Positions 57,144 through 64,000 of a stretch of DNA of 64,000 nt are shown here, piece after piece. How positions within the stretch are numbered: the first letter of the stretch is position 1; each line of letters begins with the position of its first letter. Below the pieces are notes generated by a model. The model was not told the origin of the DNA. It did no database searches and saw only the letters and a list, made by a program, of their open reading frames with translations. Both the position numbers and the translations under genes were made by a program. Source of the stretch: Chitinophagaceae bacterium (GTDB taxonomy: Bacteria; Bacteroidota; Bacteroidia; Chitinophagales; Chitinophagaceae); the NCBI GenBank assembly GCA_039811345.1, contig JBDHYJ010000008.1:12594-76593 (forward strand), read 5' to 3'.

Positions 57144-59270
57144 ATGGAAAATATAAGATGGAAAGTAGAGGGTATGGATTGCGCAAATTGTGCGCTTACC
57201 GTACGAAAATTTCTTGAGAAAGAAGGCGCCGGTGATATAAAGATAAATTTCGTTGACGGCGATGTAGCTTTTCTGCTAAATGGAAACAGCTCTACCGAAA
57301 GAATTGAGAAAGGTATTGAGGGGTTAGGATATAAAGTAGCAGGCAGGCTTGAGCCGGGAACACTTCCGGCAGCAGAAAAAAAATGGAATATCCATCTGAA
57401 ATATATGCTGATCTGTCTGCCATTTACTCTTGTACTTATGCTCCACATGGCACATGGGTTACTGGGATGGCATTGGCTGGCAAATCCCTGGCTGCAACTG
57501 GCACTTTGTATTCCTGTGTATTTCACGGGTATGAGTTACTTTGGCAAAAGCGCTGTTAAAAGCCTCAGAAATGGAATGCCCAATATGAATGTGCTGATAG
57601 CCCTTGGAGCAACAGCGGCATTTATATATAGTCTTACCGGTACTTTGATGAACCTGGGCGAAGATTATCTCTTCTATGAAACAACGGCCACTATTATCAC
57701 GCTGGTATTCTTTGGCAACTACCTGGAAAGCGCTTCCATCCAATCTACACAGAAAGCGCTAAACGGCCTTGCAAAATCACAGAAGGTGATGGCTAATATG
57801 ATTGCATTTGACGGGGACCATCAGGAAGTAATAATGCCGGTGGATAATGCCGACCTGAGGCCCGGTGATCTAATATTAATTAAGACTGGCGAACAGGTTC
57901 CGGCCGACAGTAAAATACTTTGGGGTGAAGCAAGTATAAGTGAAGCTATCATCACGGGAGAAAGCCTTCCCGTTGAAAAAAGGCCAAAGGACTTGCTTAT
58001 AGGCGGAAGTTTACTTGTAGAAGGAATGGTGAAAGCGCAGGTTACTGCTGCTGCAAATGACTCGGCATTGGCCAATATTGTAAACCTGGTAAAACAGGCA
58101 CAGGGAGAAAAGCCCCCGGTACAGCAAATGGCAGATAAAATCAGTGCAATATTTGTACCCGTAGTAATTGGAATTGCGGCACTCACATTTGTGATAAATT
58201 ATTTTATCCTTCACGAATTTACACCCTCATTAATGCGCAGTATAGCTGTACTGGTTATCGCTTGTCCCTGTGCGTTAGGCTTGGCAACACCTGCTGCAGT
58301 AGCTGTGGGTCTTGGCCGTGCTGCACGAAACGGTGTGTTGTTTCGAAATGCTACATCGCTTGAACTGTTTAAAGATATACAACAGGTGGTTTTTGATAAA
58401 ACCGGAACGCTTACCACCGGGATGCTCACAATAGACAAGTGGAAGATTTTAGATACTTCCATAAATGAACAACAGTTTAAAGAAATTGTGTTTTCCATTG
58501 AAAAATATTCGAATCACCCAATTGCTAAAAGCATTTCAACGGAGTGGAAATCGAAAGCAGGTATCCGATGGGAAAAGATTGAGGAGATCAAAGGTTTGGG
58601 TATAAAAGCAATTGCAAAAGGTGGCGATATATACCAGGCGGGGTCCTACAAATTTGCAGCTGCATTTACGACAGACAACACACATAACGTTTATATCATT
58701 AAAAACAATGCGCTAATCGGCTGGATAGATATGAAGGACGAAGTACGTCCCGAGGCAAAGCGTGTAGTGGAATACCTTCATAGCCGTGGTATCAGCACCT
58801 ATTTACTCAGTGGCGATAATGAAGCCAAATGCAAAAAGCTTGCTGATCAAATTGGGATTGACAAAGTAATGGCTGAACAAACCCCGGAACAAAAACTTGC
58901 AACTATTGAGCAACTATCAGAACAAAAACCTACCGCCATGATAGGTGACGGTATCAATGACGCTCCTGCTCTTGCAAAAGCTACCATCGGTATTTCTTTA
59001 AGTGATGCATCGCAGATTGCAATGCAAACTGCAGATGTGGTATTAATGAATCATGGGTTAAAGAATCTTCCACTCTCACTGGGACTTGGGAAGCATACAT
59101 TTCTCACTATAAAACAGAACCTGTTCTGGGCATTTGCTTATAATGTTGTTGCAATTCCTCTTGCGGCATTAGGATTTCTAAGTCCAATGTTTGGAGCATT
59201 GGTAATGGGATTGAGCGACGTAGTGCTTGCCGTAAACTCAGGCAGGTTGTTTGTAAAAAAAGTAATATAA
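57144..59270 (+). CDS. copA: Heavy-metal P1B-type ATPase, probably a Cu(I) exporter
   Basis: 708 aa. One N-terminal HMA domain (GMDCANCA), TM CPC motif (ACPCALGLATP), DKTGTLT, GDGINDAP, and downstream TM motifs AYN and MGLSD that resemble the P1B-1 (Cu) signatures YN and MxxSS. Confidence 0.85.
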   Translation: MENIRWKVEGMDCANCALTVRKFLEKEGAGDIKINFVDGDVAFLLNGNSSTERIEKGIEGLGYKVAGRLEPGTLPAAEKKWNIHLKYMLICLPFTLVLMLHMAHGLLGWHWLANPWLQLALCIPVYFTGMSYFGKSAVKSLRNGMPNMNVLIALGATAAFIYSLTGTLMNLGEDYLFYETTATIITLVFFGNYLESASIQSTQKALNGLAKSQKVMANMIAFDGDHQEVIMPVDNADLRPGDLILIKTGEQVPADSKILWGEASISEAIITGESLPVEKRPKDLLIGGSLLVEGMVKAQVTAAANDSALANIVNLVKQAQGEKPPVQQMADKISAIFVPVVIGIAALTFVINYFILHEFTPSLMRSIAVLVIACPCALGLATPAAVAVGLGRAARNGVLFRNATSLELFKDIQQVVFDKTGTLTTGMLTIDKWKILDTSINEQQFKEIVFSIEKYSNHPIAKSISTEWKSKAGIRWEKIEEIKGLGIKAIAKGGDIYQAGSYKFAAAFTTDNTHNVYIIKNNALIGWIDMKDEVRPEAKRVVEYLHSRGISTYLLSGDNEAKCKKLADQIGIDKVMAEQTPEQKLATIEQLSEQKPTAMIGDGINDAPALAKATIGISLSDASQIAMQTADVVLMNHGLKNLPLSLGLGKHTFLTIKQNLFWAFAYNVVAIPLAALGFLSPMFGALVMGLSDVVLAVNSGRLFVKKVI

Positions 59271-59359
59271 CTTTTCGGCCTTGCCAGGTACTTTTAACAA
59301 TGCAATATATCAAAGTACAAATTAGCCTGATTTTTTCAACTTAACACTTTGGATGATAT

Positions 59360-61327
59360 TTGCTCTTCCTTATTTGCGTAGTGACAAATATCCATTCCAT
59401 ATTGCAATCTCACTGGGGATATCCATCCTTTAGACCACTGCAGGAAGATATTATTTTATCTGTACTCAGCGGCAATGATACGCTTGCCATTATGCCAACC
59501 GGGGGTGGAAAATCTATCTGCTTCCAGGTACCAGCAATGGCATCCAAAGGAATTTGCCTTGTTATTACACCTCTAATTGCCCTGATGAAAGATCAGGTTG
59601 AAACCCTGAAAAACAAAGGCATACCTACACTCGCTATTCACTCGGGAATGTCGTTTACAGAAGTAAAAAAAACACTGGGAAATGCATTATATGGTAATTT
59701 CAAATTTCTGTATGTATCTCCGGAAAGACTTACCACCCGACTATTCAAAGAATATTTGCCGGCATTGCCCGTCAATTTGATTGCAGTAGACGAAGCACAT
59801 TGTATCTCTCAATGGGGCTATGATTTTCGTCCGCCCTATCTTACCATAGCTGATATCAGGGAAGTAAAGCCAGGTATTCCGGTGCTCGCATTAACTGCAT
59901 CTGCTACGAAAAAAGTACAGGAAGATATTTGCGATAAACTTCATTTCAGTAATGCAAAAATTTTCAGGCAATCTTATGAGCGGCCTAACCTTTCTTACAG
60001 TGTACTTGAAGTTGAAGTTAAAATCAACAAACTGCTGGAGATTATTCAAAAAGTATCGGGCTGTGGTATTATATATTGTCGCAGCCGGAAAAAGACAAAA
60101 GAAATAGCAGAGCTGTTGCGCCTGCATCATATAAACGCAGATTATTATCATGCAGGACTTTCGCACGCAGACCGGAACGAGAAACAAACTAAATGGCTGC
60201 AAAATGAAACCCGAATAATGGTGTGTACCAATGCATTTGGTATGGGTATTGATAAACCCGATGTAAGACTGGTGGTGCATGTGGATATTCCAGACAGTAT
60301 TGAAAGCTATTACCAGGAAGCAGGAAGGGCCGGTCGCGACGGGAAAAAATCTTATGCAGTATTGCTCTATAAGAAATCAGATATCAAAGATCTCCGGCAG
60401 ATTCCAGATATAAGATTCCCAAACATCGAAGAGATCAGGAAAGTATATCAGGCATTGGTAAACTATCTTCAGTTACCAGCAGGTTCAGGAGAAGACCGTT
60501 ACTTTGATTTTGATCTTGCTTTGTTTGCAAAACAATTTAAACTTGGAGTTCTTACAACTACCTATGCCATTAAAGCAATGGAACAAGAAGGTATACTCTC
60601 CTACAACGAGCAATTATTTATACCCTCTACTATTGTTTTTTGCTGCAGCAAATCTACGCTCGAAGAATTTGAAAAAGTATATCCGCAAGCTGAACCTTAT
60701 ATAAAATACCTGCTGAGGTCTTACGGTGGCATTATGGATGTACCCACGCAGGTTAGCGAAAAACAAATGGCAAAGACATTAAAAAAAGATATAGCGCTCA
60801 TAAAAAAAATCCTAACCCGATTATCCCAAAAGAAAATCATTGTCTATCAGCCGCAGAAAGATACTCCGCAAATTCAATTTCTCTACAACCGGGTGGTTAC
60901 CGAAAACCTTTATATAGATAATATCCGTTATGCTGAAAGAAAAAAAGTATTGATTGATCAAATTGATGCTATTACCCAATATGTGGAAAATAAAGTTAAA
61001 TGCCGTTCAGAGTTTATTGCAGTATACTTTAATGATTTTTCTACACAACCATGTGGAATCTGTGATAACTGCATTGAAAAGAAAAAGACAATTATTACTT
61101 CAGCAGAATTTTCTTCCTTTCAACATACTATTATGGATTTGCTGGAAAAACGTGCAATGACCTTACGGGAACTCACAAACAAGATTAAAGGAGTTGACCA
61201 TAAAAAAATGTGGGCTATTGTTAAGCACCTTATGGAAGAGAATTTAGTTGAGATGACGGAAAAAATAGAAGAGGGGAAAATAATGATAAAAAAAAAGGGC
61301 CAGGATAAAAATCCAGCCCGTTTTTAA
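59360..61327 (+). CDS. RecQ-family ATP-dependent DNA helicase (non-canonical C-terminal architecture)
   Basis: Helicase motifs PTGGGKS, DEAH and QEAGRAGRDG. The Zn motif C-x16-C-x2-C-x2-C lies at about aa 548-571. The start is uncertain (TTG at 59360 or GTG at 59381). Confidence 0.85.
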   Translation: MLFLICVVTNIHSILQSHWGYPSFRPLQEDIILSVLSGNDTLAIMPTGGGKSICFQVPAMASKGICLVITPLIALMKDQVETLKNKGIPTLAIHSGMSFTEVKKTLGNALYGNFKFLYVSPERLTTRLFKEYLPALPVNLIAVDEAHCISQWGYDFRPPYLTIADIREVKPGIPVLALTASATKKVQEDICDKLHFSNAKIFRQSYERPNLSYSVLEVEVKINKLLEIIQKVSGCGIIYCRSRKKTKEIAELLRLHHINADYYHAGLSHADRNEKQTKWLQNETRIMVCTNAFGMGIDKPDVRLVVHVDIPDSIESYYQEAGRAGRDGKKSYAVLLYKKSDIKDLRQIPDIRFPNIEEIRKVYQALVNYLQLPAGSGEDRYFDFDLALFAKQFKLGVLTTTYAIKAMEQEGILSYNEQLFIPSTIVFCCSKSTLEEFEKVYPQAEPYIKYLLRSYGGIMDVPTQVSEKQMAKTLKKDIALIKKILTRLSQKKIIVYQPQKDTPQIQFLYNRVVTENLYIDNIRYAERKKVLIDQIDAITQYVENKVKCRSEFIAVYFNDFSTQPCGICDNCIEKKKTIITSAEFSSFQHTIMDLLEKRAMTLRELTNKIKGVDHKKMWAIVKHLMEENLVEMTEKIEEGKIMIKKKGQDKNPARF

Positions 61328-61491
61328 AATCCAATATCCTATGAAAAACCATGTCAAAGATAGTGAGGATATCCGTTTCACCAATACCCTTTTAGTGGTA
61401 TCTACTTAATTTTTAATACTGCTTATACTTTATTCTTTTGTTTTTAAATGGTTATGTTTTTAGTTTTTTTTAGTAACTAAATTTAACTGCT

Positions 61492-63048
61492 TCAAAACCA
61501 GCTAGTTTTCTTTCTTGATCTACTTCGACCTCCTAATCCTAATGCACCCAGCAGACTCCTGGTAATAATAGATGCAGCAGTTCGCCCTACCTGTTTGACC
61601 ACAGAGTTGTCTAAAACCTTTTCGACTACAGATGGTTCTTCCTTTTCTGATGATTTATTACCGGTGTCAGCAGCAGATTTTTTTTCTGCTTCCTCCAGTT
61701 TATCATTTATTATTTCATAAGCACTTTTATTATCTATAGTCTCTTCATATTTTTTTACCAGCTTAGATTTTTGAACAAGTGCATCTATCTCAGCTTCAGT
61801 TAGTACATCCATTCTCGACCGCGGAGAACCCAGCATAGTATGCACCAATGGGGTTGGGATACCCTTTTCATTGAGCATGGTTATAAATGCTTCACCTATT
61901 CCTAATTGTGTGAGAAGCTCATCAACATCATAATATTTAGTTTCAGGATAGTTTTGAGCGGCCTGTTTAATAGTTTTCCGGTCAGCAGCAGTAAATGCTC
62001 TTAAAGCATGTTGCACCTTTAAACCAAGTTGGCTCAATACAGAAGCAGGAACATCCTGCGGGTTCTGTGTACAAAAGAAAATTCCGACACCCTTTGAGCG
62101 TATCAGCTTTATCACTGTCTCTATTTGCTGAAGCAGGGCATCAGTTGCTTCCTGGAAAACAAGATGCGCTTCATCTATAAACATTACCAGTTTTGGTTTA
62201 TCAAGATCACCAGCCTCAGGAAGTACTGCATATAATTCTGCCAGCAACTGCAATACAAATGTTGAAAACAGTTTAGGGCGGTTTTGCATATCTGTTACCC
62301 GCAATATATTGATCATCCCTCCGCCATCATCACTTATCCGCATAAGGTCTTCTACTTCAAATGATGGTTCTCCAAAAAAAACATCAGCACCCTGTTGCTG
62401 CAATTCAATTACCTTTCTCAATATAGTACCGGTACTTGTGGTAGCTATTTTCCCATACTGTTTTTCTATTTCCGCTTTGCCTTCATCGCTGACGTATTGA
62501 AGTGTTTTTGTAAAATCCTTAAGATCCAACAACGGTATCTTATTATCGTCGCAATATTTGAATAGCATTGCCACAAGCCCCTGCTGTGTATCATTCAATC
62601 CCAGGATTTTAGAAATTAGTATTGGACCAAATTCAGTTACTGTTGCCCTGAGCCGCACCCCCTTTTCATTGCTGAGTGTGAGCAATTCAGCGGAATATGC
62701 TTTAGGGTTATAGGTAAAGCCTATCTTAGCATACCTTTCTTTAATTTTATCATTCAACACACCTGATGCCGCAATACCACTTAAATCTCCTTTAATATCC
62801 ATCAATAAAACAGGTACACTCGCATCACTTAATCCTTCTGCTATTACCTGCAGTGTTTTCGTTTTACCGGTTCCGGTAGCTCCGGCAATTAATCCATGTC
62901 GGTTCATTGTCTTCAAAGGCAGGTTCACTATAGTACCGGTAAGCACTTCGCCGTCAAGCATAGCACCGCCAATCGGATAACTTTCTCCCTTAAATGTGTA
63001 ACCATTTTTAACCAGTTCAATAAAAGTGTCTTTATCAGGCATGATCAA
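61492..63048 (-). CDS. DUF853 (YjgR-like, HerA/FtsK-type) P-loop ATPase
   Basis: 518 aa. Walker A GATGTGKTK and Walker B LVMFIDEAH, with a basic C-terminal tail. Confidence 0.75.
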   Translation of the reverse strand: MIMPDKDTFIELVKNGYTFKGESYPIGGAMLDGEVLTGTIVNLPLKTMNRHGLIAGATGTGKTKTLQVIAEGLSDASVPVLLMDIKGDLSGIAASGVLNDKIKERYAKIGFTYNPKAYSAELLTLSNEKGVRLRATVTEFGPILISKILGLNDTQQGLVAMLFKYCDDNKIPLLDLKDFTKTLQYVSDEGKAEIEKQYGKIATTSTGTILRKVIELQQQGADVFFGEPSFEVEDLMRISDDGGGMINILRVTDMQNRPKLFSTFVLQLLAELYAVLPEAGDLDKPKLVMFIDEAHLVFQEATDALLQQIETVIKLIRSKGVGIFFCTQNPQDVPASVLSQLGLKVQHALRAFTAADRKTIKQAAQNYPETKYYDVDELLTQLGIGEAFITMLNEKGIPTPLVHTMLGSPRSRMDVLTEAEIDALVQKSKLVKKYEETIDNKSAYEIINDKLEEAEKKSAADTGNKSSEKEEPSVVEKVLDNSVVKQVGRTAASIITRSLLGALGLGGRSRSRKKTSWF

Positions 63049-63098
63049 TTAATTTTTGAGGAAAGTTAACGGATTGCTCGAACTCAGTGAAATCCATC

Positions 63099-63470
63099 TC
63101 ACAATTCTTCTTCCCGCTCCAGCATAAGAATAGCGCTTTGGGGAACAATGAAATACTTTTCGTTTTCATACATTACTTCAGTTGCTCCGCTCAGAAGAAA
63201 AATTGCCAGGTCTCCTTCTTTTGCCTGCAACGGAATATACTTTACCTGTTCTTCTTCTGTTTTCCAGGTTTCAGTTTCCACAGGCATAGGAATAGCATAA
63301 CCCGGTCCGTGTTTTATTACATATCCCTGCTGTACTTTTTCTTTTTCCTGCACACCTGGAGGCAGATATAAACCACTGGCCGTTCGTTCATTGCCCTGTA
63401 AAGGTTTGATTAATATCCTGTCGCCAATTACAATTAATTTCTTAAACCTGTTGTCTTGAGTAAGATGCAT
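63099..63470 (-). CDS. GroES/Cpn10-fold family protein
   Basis: 123 aa. The segment VIGDRILIKP...ERTASGLYLP resembles the GroES N-terminal strand and mobile loop. The call is tentative. Confidence 0.5.
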   Translation of the reverse strand: MHLTQDNRFKKLIVIGDRILIKPLQGNERTASGLYLPPGVQEKEKVQQGYVIKHGPGYAIPMPVETETWKTEEEQVKYIPLQAKEGDLAIFLLSGATEVMYENEKYFIVPQSAILMLEREEEL

Positions 63471-63619
63471 ATTTTTTTATTACAAAAATAATGATTCCCT
63501 GTACCAGATTTTTTAAACAGGTATAACAGCCTCTCAAAAGAGGTTTAACAAAAAATTATTTACATTATCATATAAAGCGGAAATGAATTATATTTATTTG
63601 TCAACTAAATATTTGAATT

Positions 63620-64000
63620 ATGGAAGCACAAAAGCACAAAATATTGTTATGTGAAGATGATCAGAACCTGGGGCTGGTATTGAAAAACTATCTCGAATTG
63701 AATGACTATGATGTTACGCTTGAAAGAGACGGGCGTCTTGGATTAGCCGCTTTTCAAAGAGAAAAGTTTGAGCTCTGCCTGCTTGATGTGATGATGCCCA
63801 ACATGGACGGGTTTAAACTTGCAGAAGAAATAAGAGACATAAATCCTGAAATCCCATTGTTTTTTCTTTCTGCAAAAACCATGAAGGAAGATATTATCCA
63901 GGGATATAAACTCGGCGCAGATGATTATATTACCAAACCTTTTGACAGCGAAGTATTGTTGCTGAAAATAAAAGCTATACTTAAGCGCAATGATGATCTG
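63620..64000 (+). CDS. Response regulator (receiver domain, likely OmpR/PhoB type); the 3' end runs off the window
   Basis: Not in the ORF track. My translation is MEAQKHKILLCEDDQNLGLVLKNYLE...LLDVMMPNMDGF...FFLSAKT...ADDYITKPF, which stays in frame to base 64000. Confidence 0.85.
   Translation, partial: MEAQKHKILLCEDDQNLGLVLKNYLELNDYDVTLERDGRLGLAAFQREKFELCLLDVMMPNMDGFKLAEEIRDINPEIPLFFLSAKTMKEDIIQGYKLGADDYITKPFDSEVLLLKIKAILKRNDDL

Noticed and set aside
57077-57526. 149-aa minus-strand ORF overlapping the start of the P-type ATPase
   Set aside because: It is antisense to the HMA domain and first TM segments and has no motifs.
61492-63470. HerA-like DUF853 ATPase plus a small downstream gene as a possible defence module
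   Set aside because: No nuclease, SIR2, TIR or other effector partner is adjacent. DUF853/YjgR is a widespread stand-alone family, and the neighbour looks like a GroES-fold protein.

Overview
The gene content points to a chromosomal segment of a Bacteroidota genome, probably Chitinophagaceae- or Sphingobacteriia-like. The signals are SusC/SusD pairs, ECF-sigma/FecR modules, a UpxY-type NusG paralogue and TAnnTTTG-like boxes. Order along the window: (1) 1-9.1 kb holds secreted glycan and amide hydrolases (an edge-truncated lipoprotein, GH97, an M20 amidohydrolase, a TIM-barrel amidohydrolase and a 1000-aa GH-like protein). (2) 9.1-15 kb holds housekeeping and stress genes: APS kinase, an endolysin-like amidase, a Crp-family regulator followed by an osmC-rhodanese-thioredoxin operon with a perfect TGTGA-N6-TCACA site, and an ArsR/SRPBCC pair with tandem operators. 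(3) tRNA-Leu(UAG) is followed by an unexplained 115-nt three-way-junction element, then rel. (4) 18.1-38.0 kb is a 20-kb Wzx/Wzy-type polysaccharide locus (wza, wzc, upxY, fcl, gmd, flippase, pyruvyl transferase, three acetyltransferases, several GTs, a GT-C-like protein and a priming phosphotransferase). (5) 38.1-50.4 kb is an ECF-sigma/anti-sigma-controlled PUL with two FecR genes, STN-SusC, SusD, a LamG lipoprotein and two GH144-like genes, so it is a candidate beta-1,2-glucan PUL. (6) 50.4-51.5 kb is a RAYT (REP-associated Y1 transposase) flanked by two roughly 250-270-bp inverted-repeat elements full of short tandem repeats. (7) Next is an 833-aa secreted protein with an aromatic-rich and Arg-repeat tail plus an OmpA lipoprotein. 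(8) The window ends with ald-like, tsaE, a Cu-type P1B ATPase, a RecQ-family helicase, a DUF853 ATPase, a GroES-like protein and an edge-truncated response regulator. I saw no CRISPR array, rRNA, prophage or recognisable defence system. All coordinates were counted by hand and may be off by 1-2 nt. All family calls rest on motifs read from the translations, not on searches.
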